Source of the DNA: a virus | Taxonomy: Duplodnaviria > Caudoviricetes | Virus record (IMG/VR): IMGVR_UViG_3300012007_000001 | Location: 1-64,000 of that record | Reading direction: 5' to 3' (one strand) | DNA length: 64,000 nucleotides | Shown: positions 1-10,518 of the stretch, one piece after another | Layout: each line of letters starts with the position of its first letter | How positions within the stretch are numbered: the stretch's first letter is position 1 | Program-made: the position numbers and the translations under genes | Notes under the pieces: generated by a model | Databases searched by the model: none | What the model was told of the DNA's origin: nothing | What the model saw: the letters and a program-made list of their open reading frames with translations, nothing else

Positions 1-3000
1 TCACTGGCCATGTCGCCAATCTTATTCAATGCAGTGGTAGCATCGGCCTGCGCCGCATCTGCTAACTCCTTGGCTCTTTTCTGTATTGCCTTCAAAAGTA
101 AGGCTAACGCCGAATAATAGCTGTTCCACACCTGCCTGTAAATAACAGGAGATGGTATTACAGTAGTGGTCGAAAGGTCATCAAGCCATGCGGGTTCATC
201 CGTTCCGTTCAAGATTGCAGAATCCACATACAGGCTTTCCGACGTGGTATCGTCACCGTTCAGCAGGCGTGCAAGTTTCTTGAAAGCAGTATCATACCTG
301 ATATAGATATTCTCACTTTCACCCCAGTATGCAGCATCATTCAGTCCATAGTCACGCGCCTGTTCCGCATACTTGAGGTAGTCCTGCACGGCTTTCATCC
401 AGTCGATATACACACGGGTCTTTTCCGCGCCGCCTGTCAGCTTGCCGTCACTGGCCACATCCGAAATCTTCTCCAGCGCGTCGATGGTGTCTTTGTCGAA
501 TGTCTCTATCCAGCGATAGATAACCGTTCCGTCAACGGATATAGCCTCCCACCGCCAAGCCCTGCCACCTTCGGATGCAGGCTCGCGCATGGTGTCGTAG
601 AACAAATCCTGTGCATGTAGTGCTTTCAGTGCCTCGGTGTTCCATTCCGATGCGGGATAGTTGGCAGAACCATTGTTGTCGGTCTTGATATAGTATGTCT
701 TTCCGCTTACGGGCGATGTGTCCTGTGATACGGCATACATCTTATCGCCAGTGACTTCATACCATCCGCTTGATGCTGGATTGCCTACAGGATTATTGAC
801 AGCCGCAAAAATGATGTTAGGCATCGGAACATACGTCGCAAACCACATCTCCATCTTCTTGTCTGCCTGATTCTGAATGTCATTCAGGCGGTCAATCAAA
901 GCCTGCAACTGGTCTGCAATGGTATCACCTCCGCCAGTGGTCTCACTGTCAACGACGGAATGGAACTCACCATAGATGACGTTCTTTGTCGGCGAAAGCA
1001 GGAGATTCGGGTCAGGGATGACAAAGTGCAGACCGTCAGCACCGACCTTCGCATATTCCATGATAGCGGGTGAGCCAGCACCCTCCACCTGCAAGTATAT
1101 AAGACCCTGCCTTGCTTCGTTACTCCAGTTTCCGAACTGTACGATGGTATCTTCATCTTCGGGATAGTCACTGCCACCGTCGCAGTCAATCATTGAAATA
1201 TCCACGTAGTTGTAATCCGTGAATGCCTCATCGTCTGCTCCTCCGACGGGCGCATTACCAGCATTCACGGCAGCGATGGCAGCTGTACGTGCAGCGGCCA
1301 AGTCTGCAAGTGCCTGTTGCTGTGCCTGAATTTCCGCAGCCGTCATCACCTGCCTGTTATTCACTATCGCCACATCTGCCAAATACTGTTTCTCGACGGC
1401 CTCCAGCGCACGGGACTTGATGATTCCCTTTCCTGTTCCCGTAGCCCTTCTCCAGTAGTATTTGTTTGATACATTCTGATGCACACCCTCGTCAATGTTG
1501 AAGGTACGGCACATCACTTGGTCATCGACAGCCCATTTGTTGATGGTGGCAGTAGTACCGTTGTCGGAATACAGATAGCACCTGAACGTATATACGCTTG
1601 ATATGCTGCCGCCAGTCCTGCTTATCACGTTACCGTCAACATCCAGCCACTCCACATAGTAAATCTTGCTGCCAGCAGCAGAGAATATGTAGTTACCGCC
1701 AAGATACGATATTTCCCTGATTTCCAGCGATGCGAAGAAAGCCTTGATTCTGACAAACAACTCGTCAACCTCAAGCCTTGTGCGCGTATCACCCTGCGCA
1801 TTGGTCTGAGACACCAATTCAAAGCCCTTTCCGAAGAGGTTGCCCTCGTTGGTGTTCATCAGGTAGTCATCCGTCTGCAATCCACGTTTCTCACCATATC
1901 CATTCTTGAACGTCCAAAGCGACTTGATGACATCGTTCCTGTCCTTTCTTGCATACTGGTTATCGCTTCTAAGGGCAGAATAGACGTTTCTGTTCGATGC
2001 AGGAGTAGTGTCGCCAGTACCGATGATATACAGGCCACCGATACCGCCAATACCGCCGTTTTCGCCGCCTTGGTACAGAGTGCCGTCATAGACGATTGTA
2101 TCAACCTTTTCCGAAATCGAGCCAGTCTTTGAATACCGCAATGATTCGCCAACGATGAACTGAGGGCTGTCAGCGGGAATATCCAGCTTTATCTCATAGC
2201 CAATGATACGTGAACTTCTTGAACTTCCGACGATGGCGGGGTTCTGCAAGTTCACCCTGTCACCCAAGTCATAGGGCAGTGGCACATACTGGCTGTTGCC
2301 TACGTTCGTGTCCCTTCCGTACTTCACAGGCATACCCAACTCCTGCATCCTCTTTGAAATCATTGTGCAGGTGTACTCCGACGGGTCAACCATCGACTTT
2401 TTAAGGTATTTCCTTCCTTCCGTCACAAGTTCTGCCTCTGCCGACGTGATGAGGTTCGTTGATGCAATCTTTGTGGCATCCCAGCCATAGATTATGTATT
2501 TGTCGCCATCCTGCGGACAGAAATCAGACTTTGGCAGCTTTATTCCATAGTCTTCGTTTGCGATAATCTCAAAGCACTTGCCTATGCGCTGGTCATCTTC
2601 AACAAGGTTGCACTCAAAATCCATGCCGTTCAGTCGGCCACTGGTAAACCTTATATGGAAAGCCTCGCCATCCAGTCTGAGGTCATTGCTTATGGAGTCT
2701 ATGAATCCGCTTGAGTCGGAAACGCGGTAGAATGTCTCAGACGTTTCATTGCCATCTTCATCCGTACCCTTGCTTACATAGGTGCTTACGCCATTTGCAC
2801 CGACGGTACACTGTGTGCGGGGGAATATCTCATCAAGAATCAGCACGCCCTCGACGGCCTGCTCTTCCGTCAGGCCATCTACGGCATCCAAATAGGGTGT
2901 TCCCTGCGGGAGCATGAGTCGCCTTTGCACCACGCCGTTGACCACCAATTCCCCTTCATTCCGTCTGTAGTTGTGCGGAATGTTGCGCTCAGAGCCGAAC

Positions 3001-3665
3001 ACATAAAGGCGCGTCACATACTGCTTGCTGCCCTGTGCGCGTGACATTTCAGCCACATTTTCATTGATTGCGAAATTAGTAGCATTTGCTCCCTGTTCGC
3101 AACGGCCAAAATAGATGCAGTTGTCAACTACCCACCATTCACACTCCCATAATTCCGCATACCTGTTGAGGGCATCAATCAGTGAAATACTGTCGTATGT
3201 CACAGGCATCATCTTACGTGACACATGGTTGTAGTCTATGACATAGGTGAAATTACTGCTGCCGTTAAACAGATAGCTGCTATCCCTTGAGCCAAGATAT
3301 GTCAAGTTAGACATGAATAGTTCCATCTGCCCGTCAAGGTCGCGTGTCAGCGTAAACGACATCTCGCTCTGCTGGCTTGAAGGGATGAACTTCACAATCT
3401 TATTCTTCCACTTCATGTAGTAGGCATCCAGTCGAAGCTGATACCGAAAACCGCCTCTTTCAGAGTCGTATTCAGGCTCGTACAGGTCAACGAGTTCAAA
3501 TCTGCCATAGTCTGTTTCGCAGTAGTCACCCAAGCGGAAATACTGAGGCTCTGCCGTGTTGAACACCAAAAGAATATAGTGGTCTCCCATCAGTTCACGG
3601 TGAACCAGTGAACCTTCGTTAAGCGGTGCGGAATATATGCCGCCTGTTTTCTTTACAATATCCAT
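1..3665 (-). CDS. Large tail tip / host-specificity (Tal-like) protein, >1220 aa, runs off the left edge
   Basis: ATG at 3665 (MDIVKKTGGIYSAPLNEGSLVHRELMG...). The frame is the same at 1857 (MNTNEGNLFGKGFEL) and at the window edge (ALNKIGDMAS). Missing from the ORF track because no stop is in the window. Lies after TMP and Dit; contains YVTRLYVFGSERNIP, typical of Bacteroidetes phage tail proteins. Confidence 0.8.
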   Translation of the reverse strand, partial: MDIVKKTGGIYSAPLNEGSLVHRELMGDHYILLVFNTAEPQYFRLGDYCETDYGRFELVDLYEPEYDSERGGFRYQLRLDAYYMKWKNKIVKFIPSSQQSEMSFTLTRDLDGQMELFMSNLTYLGSRDSSYLFNGSSNFTYVIDYNHVSRKMMPVTYDSISLIDALNRYAELWECEWWVVDNCIYFGRCEQGANATNFAINENVAEMSRAQGSKQYVTRLYVFGSERNIPHNYRRNEGELVVNGVVQRRLMLPQGTPYLDAVDGLTEEQAVEGVLILDEIFPRTQCTVGANGVSTYVSKGTDEDGNETSETFYRVSDSSGFIDSISNDLRLDGEAFHIRFTSGRLNGMDFECNLVEDDQRIGKCFEIIANEDYGIKLPKSDFCPQDGDKYIIYGWDATKIASTNLITSAEAELVTEGRKYLKKSMVDPSEYTCTMISKRMQELGMPVKYGRDTNVGNSQYVPLPYDLGDRVNLQNPAIVGSSRSSRIIGYEIKLDIPADSPQFIVGESLRYSKTGSISEKVDTIVYDGTLYQGGENGGIGGIGGLYIIGTGDTTPASNRNVYSALRSDNQYARKDRNDVIKSLWTFKNGYGEKRGLQTDDYLMNTNEGNLFGKGFELVSQTNAQGDTRTRLEVDELFVRIKAFFASLEIREISYLGGNYIFSAAGSKIYYVEWLDVDGNVISRTGGSISSVYTFRCYLYSDNGTTATINKWAVDDQVMCRTFNIDEGVHQNVSNKYYWRRATGTGKGIIKSRALEAVEKQYLADVAIVNNRQVMTAAEIQAQQQALADLAAARTAAIAAVNAGNAPVGGADDEAFTDYNYVDISMIDCDGGSDYPEDEDTIVQFGNWSNEARQGLIYLQVEGAGSPAIMEYAKVGADGLHFVIPDPNLLLSPTKNVIYGEFHSVVDSETTGGGDTIADQLQALIDRLNDIQNQADKKMEMWFATYVPMPNIIFAAVNNPVGNPASSGWYEVTGDKMYAVSQDTSPVSGKTYYIKTDNNGSANYPASEWNTEALKALHAQDLFYDTMREPASEGGRAWRWEAISVDGTVIYRWIETFDKDTIDALEKISDVASDGKLTGGAEKTRVYIDWMKAVQDYLKYAEQARDYGLNDAAYWGESENIYIRYDTAFKKLARLLNGDDTTSESLYVDSAILNGTDEPAWLDDLSTTTVIPSPVIYRQVWNSYYSALALLLKAIQKRAKELADAAQADATTALNKIGDMAS

Positions 3666-3675
3666 TTTTCTTGAA

Positions 3676-4071
3676 TTAGCTTCTGTTGTTAGGGTTGGCT
3701 TCCTTGAATCGAAGGTTAATCTTCACGATTTTGCTGCATACCGATGACTTGTATGTGTTGCTTTTGCCAAGATAACGCAGATGGTAAACTGTACCGTTGA
3801 CCGTCAAATTGACATTACCAGCAGCCTCTATGCTTCTGACGAAAGTATTGCACAGAGAACGCGCATTCGTGCCACCGAATGCAAATGGCAGCATGATTTC
3901 TCGGCTGGCCATCCTCGGCGGGATGTCAAGTTCTATATCGCCGTGTTCCGTCCTTACCGAGTTCGACGGTACGGGTTTCATTTCAACACCGTTTTCCAAG
4001 TTGTCGAGGAATCCCTCGTCAATGTGGGCATCTCCTATTCTGTCGCCCGAAAGTGTTAGTGACAATGCCAT
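3676..4071 (-). CDS. Putative distal tail (Dit-like) protein
   Basis: 131 aa directly after the tape measure gene; ends F.EANP like Bacteroidetes phage Dit proteins. Confidence 0.55.
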   Translation of the reverse strand: MALSLTLSGDRIGDAHIDEGFLDNLENGVEMKPVPSNSVRTEHGDIELDIPPRMASREIMLPFAFGGTNARSLCNTFVRSIEAAGNVNLTVNGTVYHLRYLGKSNTYKSSVCSKIVKINLRFKEANPNNRS

Positions 4072-4074
4072 ATC

Positions 4075-7000
4075 CTAAATGTTTTTAGTGTTCTTTTCGA
4101 TTTTCTCCAGTGTCTTTTTGTTCTCCTTCATAATCGGGAGCATTTCATCAGTAGTCGTGCGAATCATGTTCAGTTCCGAATAGCATTCAACGATATTTGT
4201 CAGCATATCATCAGCCACTCGACCAATACCTTCAACCATGTCTGCCGTCCGTGAAGCGGAAACACCTATGCCATTAAGGATAGGCACTGCCACGTTCATC
4301 TGTGCAGACACATTCTCGCCAGCAATCTGAACAGCCGTAAACCTTCCGTTCAACTCCTCGCCCAAATCCTGTGACATGCCAGCAAATCCCTTCTTGTCTG
4401 CCTCCTGCTTGGCAGGGTCTGTTTCCCATCCGAATGTATCACGCAGGTTGTCGCGTTCTGCAATGGCCGCTTTCACAATTCTGTCATAGTCATCCTTGAG
4501 GGCTTTCTGCTCTTCCTTTGTCAGTTCGTCGCCACTATCCATCGCAGCCGCAAAACTTGAATACCATTCCTCAAGTTGTTTCTTATACTTGGCAAGCATA
4601 AGACTGTTAATGACGGCATTCTGCATGTACTTTTCAAAGTTATCCGCAAAATCCTCTGCTGTGGAATCCATCTTTGCCAAAGCCTGCTCAAAATCGGAAA
4701 CAACAGTATCAAACGATGTTGCCGTAAGCTGTTCACGCGCTTCCTGTTCCAGCTGCTTGATTTCATCCTCAAGTTCGATGATTTGTTCAAGGTACTTGCG
4801 TGCTTCCTCACTAAGCGACTGCCAAAACTGGCTGTTGTTATATTTTAGTTCTTTCAGCTGTTCTACAGGAAGGTTAAACAGATTACTGATGTCGCCATTG
4901 TCTATATACTTCAATTCGTCTATACCAAAAAAACTCTTTTCGCTTGCGCCCATCCGCTTTGCAAGTTCTTTGTCGTACTGCCAAAGATAATTCCAGTTGG
5001 CATCCCTGTTGGCCTCATAACCGTTAGAATGGCTAAACCATCCTGCACCGTCACTTGCCCATCCTCGGTACATCTGAGCAGCGGCCTGTTGTGACTGGCG
5101 CAGGTAGTCAACAGTCTTATTCTGTATTTCCGTCACCTTTGAGCCGTAGGCTTCTTTCATCAGCGACTTTTCATACTCAAGGTTTTCTTTCCATGTGTCA
5201 AGCAGGTAGCCCCACTTTTCAACGGCAGCGTCGAAGTTTTCAGTACCGCCACCGAAGATGCCGCTCATGTCGAATCCGAAGAGTTTACCTACACCGCTGA
5301 CAACGCCGCCGACGATGTTTCCTACACCTTCCACAATATTTGCAATAAGATTCGGGAGGTCTGCAAGTATCGTCTCGACAACCTTTGCAATCTTATTCAG
5401 CAGGTCATTGATGAACTGTGCAGGGTCATCACCCAAAGCGTCGATGATTTGTAGGATAGCACCGATGATGCCGCCAATCTTTCCACCAAGTTCATTCAGT
5501 GACTTGCCTACGCCATCAGAACCTTTCGCAAGGCTTGTCACAAGTTTGCTGATTCCGTTGGCAAAACCGTATAGGGAGCCGCTGGCCATCTCATTCACAT
5601 AGTTGGTAAAGTTTTGAATGCCGTTTGCAGCCTTTTCGGTATTATCTGCCAGTTTCTTCTTTGCCTCTTCCGACTTATCCTCTGCATCCGTCTGTTCATC
5701 AGAAGTGACATTCACCGCATCATTTGCGGCATCCAAAACAGCCTGTGCAGCTTCAATCTGTTTCTTTGAGCCGCTCTTCAAGGCCGTTTCCATATCACGC
5801 TCTGCATCACGCAAATCCTGAACGGCAGCATTGTGAGCCTCCTGCGCGGCCTTTAGCTTCTTAATGGAATCTTGATAATCCTTTACGTTTTTGGATATTT
5901 CGCCCCATATACTGAAATTGAAAGCACTGGTACTGTTGCCGCCTGTCTCTTTCCGCAGTTCGCTACGCAGGTCTGTGTATGACTTCTTATCCTTTGCGTC
6001 CAGTTTCTTGAACTCGGCGGTCTGCATGTATTCTTCGACCTTCTTCAAGGTTTCCTTTGCAACATCACTAAGAACATTGCCGACACCTTCAAACGCAGTA
6101 CTCCAGTCGATACCCATTGCCAAGTTCTGAGCATTGACGCTTGATAATTGTGACTGTTTCTGACGTTCCAGCATAGCTTTCTTGCTGGGGTCTTTCTCTT
6201 CTGCAATCTTCTTGTTGTATGACTGTTCGATGGCAAACATCTGCTGCTGAACCGTTCCGAACTCACGCAGATAGTCATACAGGCTCTCCAACCTCTGCTG
6301 GTTGATGTTGTTCAATCCTTCACGGTATTGTCTTTCCGCTTCTTCGACGAACTTCTTAGCCGCATCACCATCGCCCATGTCGGATGCTGCAATCGCAACT
6401 TCTTTGTAGGCAGATTCCAGCAACTCCATCTTTCTCATTGGTGCATCTGCACTGCTTTCAATCTTCTTGAAAACAGAAATCAGGTTATCAAAGTATTTCT
6501 CACTTTCAGAAATACGCTTTGAATTTACACCAAGCATATCTTCATCCGTAAGCTGCACATTCCTGTACTGCCCACTGGTATAGAATCCCTTTATCGGATT
6601 ACCTTTCTTATCATTGCTGGCGGCTTCAATCTTCTTATTCAGGACTTCGCGCTCCTCGTTGTCAAGTTCTGCCATGCGCTTTTTGTGGTTCAAACGCATC
6701 TGAGCCAGTTCCTTTTCAGCACCGTCATCCATTTGGTCGATGACCGCCTGCTGCTGTAGCAACTGGTTCTGTATTCTCGTCCGTTCAGCTTCCTGCTCCT
6801 GTTCAATCTGCCGTTTCAGGATTTCATCGGGTGAATTTCCCTTTGTCCTGTTACCGCTTCCAGCATTACCGCCCTGCCATTCTTGAACGCCGACGGCCTT
6901 AACCGCCTGCTCCTGCATTTTCACTGCCTGCTCAAGTCCTTTCGTGAGGTATCCGACACGCTTCTCCGTTTCCCTGTTCAGCGCATCTACATTGTCTTTC

Positions 7001-9531
7001 CACCGCTTTGCAGCATCCTGCGTCTCCAGTGAGTTCAAGTACGCGGCATTAGCGGCTGTAAGAGTTACGTCCGTCCGCATGAAGCCAGCAGCACCTCCAA
7101 GCCTTTCGTTTTCGGGTACTGTGCCACCGCCCATTGTCGCTTGTCTAAGGTTTATTCCATATCGCTTATTCAGCCTTTCCCTTTCGTCTTGCGAAATGAC
7201 CTCGCCCTCCTTGAAAACCCTTCTATAGCCGCCACCAGCTACAGTATTATCTATTTGGTCGCGCTTCTTAATTGACTTTGCGTATTCGTCTGCTATGGCT
7301 GTCTGATAAGCTGCTGCCTTTGCCCTTGCAAGCATGGCATTGATAACGGCCTGTGTGTTCTTTGTAAACAGGTTTTCCGCATCTGCAACGTTGTTGACAG
7401 CCCATCCCAAATCGTGAAAGGCATCCTTGTTATCGTCGATGAATTTTTTCTTGGCAGTCATGTCATTGCCAAGTTCTTTCCACTTCCTTCTAAGGTTTTC
7501 GTATGACGCTATCTGCTTGCCAGCAGAACTTGCAACGTCATTAGCCCATCTTTCATGTGCTTCACGCGCCTCCTTGATACGGGCTTCGCGTTCCTTCTGC
7601 AATCTCTTCTCTTCTTCGGATTCGGATTTCAGAACCTTTGTCAGCCCCCATATAGCACCGCACAGAAGACCGATTCCGCTGACCAGCAGAAGGTATGGAT
7701 TCATTTTCGCAACAGTGTTGAAGAATGCTTGTGCGGCAGCGGCTTTCATCGTCGCTATCGTTCCTGCTTCGGTTGCAATGGTCTCATACGTTTTTGCCTT
7801 TGCCAGTGCCAACGTCTGTACCTCAGAAATCAGCAACATGGCGTTACTCGTCTTTTTGACAGTGGCGTATGCTGTTTCCAATCCTACGATGATACCCAAA
7901 TACGACTGAATCTTTGTCTGTATTGCAGCCATCTTTTCGGAATTGGTATTGAACACACCCATAATGCCCGTGACAAGGCTTGCGGAACCAGCCACACCCT
8001 GTAAGGCCGATTTTAGCCCTTCAAGATGACGTGATGGATTAGCGAAATACTCCATTGTGGCATTTGCCAATGCCATCTGCTTTCGCATTTCGCCTGCCTT
8101 TTCCGAAAGTTGTTGAAATTCGGGCGTACCTGCCTTACCTTCAGCTATCATCTTCATCATTTCTTCACGGGTCTGCATTATCTGTGTTCGCATCCGCATC
8201 TGATGACCGCTGGCATCAACAATCTGCTGTTTGTATTGCTCTTGATATTTGGCAAGGTCGTTGTATTCCGTTTTCTGCTTTTCAAGTTCTGCTTCGCACT
8301 TTTCAAGTTCTGCCCTCGCATTTGCAAGTTCCGTGGCTGCATCCTGACCATTATTCAAGACGCTGGTATCGCCATTCTCCAGTTTGCTGATGTAGTCGCG
8401 GTATCTTTCGGCATCACCTTCAAGTGTGCGCATCTTATCAATGGCTTCGTCCATTTCCTGTGTAATACCGCGCAACATGGCTCTTGCCGAATCAAGGCGC
8501 AGTGCCTTTGATGCTGCATCTTCGGCCTGCTGCATCTGACGTAGCGGCGACAATGTTGAGTCAACGGAATCACGCAGTTCATCGACACGACGGCTACTTG
8601 AAGCGAACTGGTCGGAAAGTGCTTTCTCTTCTTTCTGTGCATCCTTGATTCTCTGCTTGAGTTCCTCAATCTTGCTGTTAAGACCAACAACATGCTGGAT
8701 GGTTGCATTATCAACCTCACCATTATTCGCTGCTGATGCGAACTGTGTTTCTCGCCACCACCTTTTCAGCCTTCCATCTTCGGGTTTCAGCTGCATAACC
8801 CTGTCATACGCAGCTTGATACTTTTGTAGTTCTGCTTGCAGGCTTTCAATCTCTGCCTTTTTATCCTCCCATGACTTTTTGGCGGCTTCATTCTTCCGTG
8901 TCTCTTCATCAATGGCAGCATTCATCCTTGCGACTGATTCCGCTGATGCCTGTGCCTGCTGATGCTGTGACTGTGTAAGTCCGTCAATGGCCTGCTTGTT
9001 TCCGCTTATGGTATTTTGGACTTGTTGCCATGCTGCCTGCTGGCGGTCAAGTTCCTGTTGGATTTGCTTAATCTGTTCTCTCAGTTCGGCATTCAGCCTG
9101 TTCAGTTCATCAATCTTTGCAAGGTTTTCCTCGTTTACTTTAATGTTATCTGCAATGGTTTTACCGTCACCAAGTACAGAAACCATATCCACCAACTTGC
9201 CTTTAAGCGTATCAAAGTAAGCATTTAGATTAGAACTCATCTTTTGCAGTTCATCATCGAATGCTTTCAGTTGACCCATAGGAGTTGACACATCAATAGT
9301 GATGCTTTTCTTGAAAGCACCATCCAGTTTTGCACCTTCTACTGCTGCTGCTTCAACCAACTCCGTAAGCCTTGTTTTTGCATTGGTAAGTTCACTGCAC
9401 ATCTTATCCAATACTTCCAGCGGGGCTTTTCCGTTGAACTGATTCAGCTGATTCTCCAGCCGCATTATTTCTGTTCGCAGCTTTACAACTTCTTCCCAAT
9501 CGCTTTTTACTTTGAAATATAACTCGGCCAT
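4075..9531 (-). CDS. Tail tape measure protein (1818 aa)
   Basis: Very long Ala/Glu/Lys/Gln-rich helical protein with Gly/Ile-rich hydrophobic segments, a C-terminal SQD.GEELNGRFTA motif, and the expected position upstream of tail-tip genes. Confidence 0.93.
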   Translation of the reverse strand: MAELYFKVKSDWEEVVKLRTEIMRLENQLNQFNGKAPLEVLDKMCSELTNAKTRLTELVEAAAVEGAKLDGAFKKSITIDVSTPMGQLKAFDDELQKMSSNLNAYFDTLKGKLVDMVSVLGDGKTIADNIKVNEENLAKIDELNRLNAELREQIKQIQQELDRQQAAWQQVQNTISGNKQAIDGLTQSQHQQAQASAESVARMNAAIDEETRKNEAAKKSWEDKKAEIESLQAELQKYQAAYDRVMQLKPEDGRLKRWWRETQFASAANNGEVDNATIQHVVGLNSKIEELKQRIKDAQKEEKALSDQFASSSRRVDELRDSVDSTLSPLRQMQQAEDAASKALRLDSARAMLRGITQEMDEAIDKMRTLEGDAERYRDYISKLENGDTSVLNNGQDAATELANARAELEKCEAELEKQKTEYNDLAKYQEQYKQQIVDASGHQMRMRTQIMQTREEMMKMIAEGKAGTPEFQQLSEKAGEMRKQMALANATMEYFANPSRHLEGLKSALQGVAGSASLVTGIMGVFNTNSEKMAAIQTKIQSYLGIIVGLETAYATVKKTSNAMLLISEVQTLALAKAKTYETIATEAGTIATMKAAAAQAFFNTVAKMNPYLLLVSGIGLLCGAIWGLTKVLKSESEEEKRLQKEREARIKEAREAHERWANDVASSAGKQIASYENLRRKWKELGNDMTAKKKFIDDNKDAFHDLGWAVNNVADAENLFTKNTQAVINAMLARAKAAAYQTAIADEYAKSIKKRDQIDNTVAGGGYRRVFKEGEVISQDERERLNKRYGINLRQATMGGGTVPENERLGGAAGFMRTDVTLTAANAAYLNSLETQDAAKRWKDNVDALNRETEKRVGYLTKGLEQAVKMQEQAVKAVGVQEWQGGNAGSGNRTKGNSPDEILKRQIEQEQEAERTRIQNQLLQQQAVIDQMDDGAEKELAQMRLNHKKRMAELDNEEREVLNKKIEAASNDKKGNPIKGFYTSGQYRNVQLTDEDMLGVNSKRISESEKYFDNLISVFKKIESSADAPMRKMELLESAYKEVAIAASDMGDGDAAKKFVEEAERQYREGLNNINQQRLESLYDYLREFGTVQQQMFAIEQSYNKKIAEEKDPSKKAMLERQKQSQLSSVNAQNLAMGIDWSTAFEGVGNVLSDVAKETLKKVEEYMQTAEFKKLDAKDKKSYTDLRSELRKETGGNSTSAFNFSIWGEISKNVKDYQDSIKKLKAAQEAHNAAVQDLRDAERDMETALKSGSKKQIEAAQAVLDAANDAVNVTSDEQTDAEDKSEEAKKKLADNTEKAANGIQNFTNYVNEMASGSLYGFANGISKLVTSLAKGSDGVGKSLNELGGKIGGIIGAILQIIDALGDDPAQFINDLLNKIAKVVETILADLPNLIANIVEGVGNIVGGVVSGVGKLFGFDMSGIFGGGTENFDAAVEKWGYLLDTWKENLEYEKSLMKEAYGSKVTEIQNKTVDYLRQSQQAAAQMYRGWASDGAGWFSHSNGYEANRDANWNYLWQYDKELAKRMGASEKSFFGIDELKYIDNGDISNLFNLPVEQLKELKYNNSQFWQSLSEEARKYLEQIIELEDEIKQLEQEAREQLTATSFDTVVSDFEQALAKMDSTAEDFADNFEKYMQNAVINSLMLAKYKKQLEEWYSSFAAAMDSGDELTKEEQKALKDDYDRIVKAAIAERDNLRDTFGWETDPAKQEADKKGFAGMSQDLGEELNGRFTAVQIAGENVSAQMNVAVPILNGIGVSASRTADMVEGIGRVADDMLTNIVECYSELNMIRTTTDEMLPIMKENKKTLEKIEKNTKNI

Positions 9532-9559
9532 CTGTATTGCGTTTTGTTATCAATTTCGG

Positions 9560-9632
9560 CAAAGTTACGTGCATTATTCCGCAATCAAAGATTTGACGGC
9601 CTTTATGTTTTCACAATATTTCTTAGGTGAAA
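9560..9632 (-). promoter_or_regulatory. Putative late promoter 1 (tape measure): TAACTTTG -7 box plus TTTCAC-N12-GTGAAA
   Basis: -7 box at 9560-9567, inverted repeat at 9609-9632, 41-bp gap; same geometry at 21774, 27180 and 45527. Confidence 0.75.
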
Positions 9633-9675
9633 GATTTATCTTTTAGGGTGCAGAAAAGTACCTGAATGGCACATG

Positions 9676-9770
9676 AAAAAGGCGCATATCGTTTCACAAC
9701 GACACACGCCCAAAACCATTTAGAATACTCCCTTTCAGGAGCACCAAATAGCCAAAAACGGCTATTCGCC
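9676..9770 (-). ncRNA. Putative small antisense RNA (~95 nt) carrying UUCUAAAUGGUUUU
   Basis: TACCTTTG -7 box at 9773-9780. Then hairpin GAAUAGCC/GGCUAUUU, hairpin UGCUCCU-GAAA-GGGAGUA, an unpaired 14-mer (9712-9725), and a 13-bp stem with a GUGA loop plus U5. G-U pairs fix the minus strand. Confidence 0.7.
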
Positions 9771-10140
9771 TGCAAAGGTACGATATTTTTCCGACATACC
9801 GCACCTTTATGTTATAAAATTGCTGTATCTGTCGGATTTACAGGCAATAAATCCTCGATATAGCACCATTTCTTGCATTTCCGCAAGTCGTACAGGCTCC
9901 AGTATGCCCGATATTTGCCGCCTGTCGTATGTTCGCAAGAAAAGACATCGTTACTTTGCACGACAACAACAATCCTGCTGTTATCTCTTGGCAGTTCCGA
10001 TACATCGTGCCAAAGACTATCGCGCTGCCACCCTGCACCATCCTTGAATGCTTTTTTCCCAGCATTGCGAAACCTAAAGTCTTTGTATTTCTTGACGTAT
10101 TCTTTTGCCGCCAGTTCAAGCCTTTCATTCATTTCTTCAT

Positions 10141-10518
10141 TCATAGCTTTATTTCTTTTTCGATTTCTAACTGTCTTAGGGCTTGTTGGAGTTGGTGAAC
10201 GTAATAGCACCGAGCAAGTTCGATTGTACCACGCCCCATCTTTTTTGCCGTTAAATGACTTCCATCCCACATAACATGTGTATGTTCATTTTTGTTGCTA
10301 ATTACCAACTCTGAATAAAATTGAAGGGCTGTAAATCCATTTCGTTTCAGAATTTCGGGTGTCAATTTCACAGGCTCTATCTCGTCGGCACTGTAGATGT
10401 CATTGTAATCCAGCATAACACCCGATTCCAATATCTGCTGCACCTGTTCGTATTTCTTATTGAATGTGTTATACACCCAATCGCCCACCATCAGACGTTT
10501 TAATTCTTTCAGTTCCAT
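10141..10518 (-). CDS. Hypothetical protein, L.vGD.V...EP..LT.E.L...GF...YVHQLQQ family
   Basis: Motif shared with 30292-30693, 30690-31115 and the N-terminus of 34765-35568. Confidence 0.6.
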   Translation of the reverse strand: MELKELKRLMVGDWVYNTFNKKYEQVQQILESGVMLDYNDIYSADEIEPVKLTPEILKRNGFTALQFYSELVISNKNEHTHVMWDGSHLTAKKMGRGTIELARCYYVHQLQQALRQLEIEKEIKL

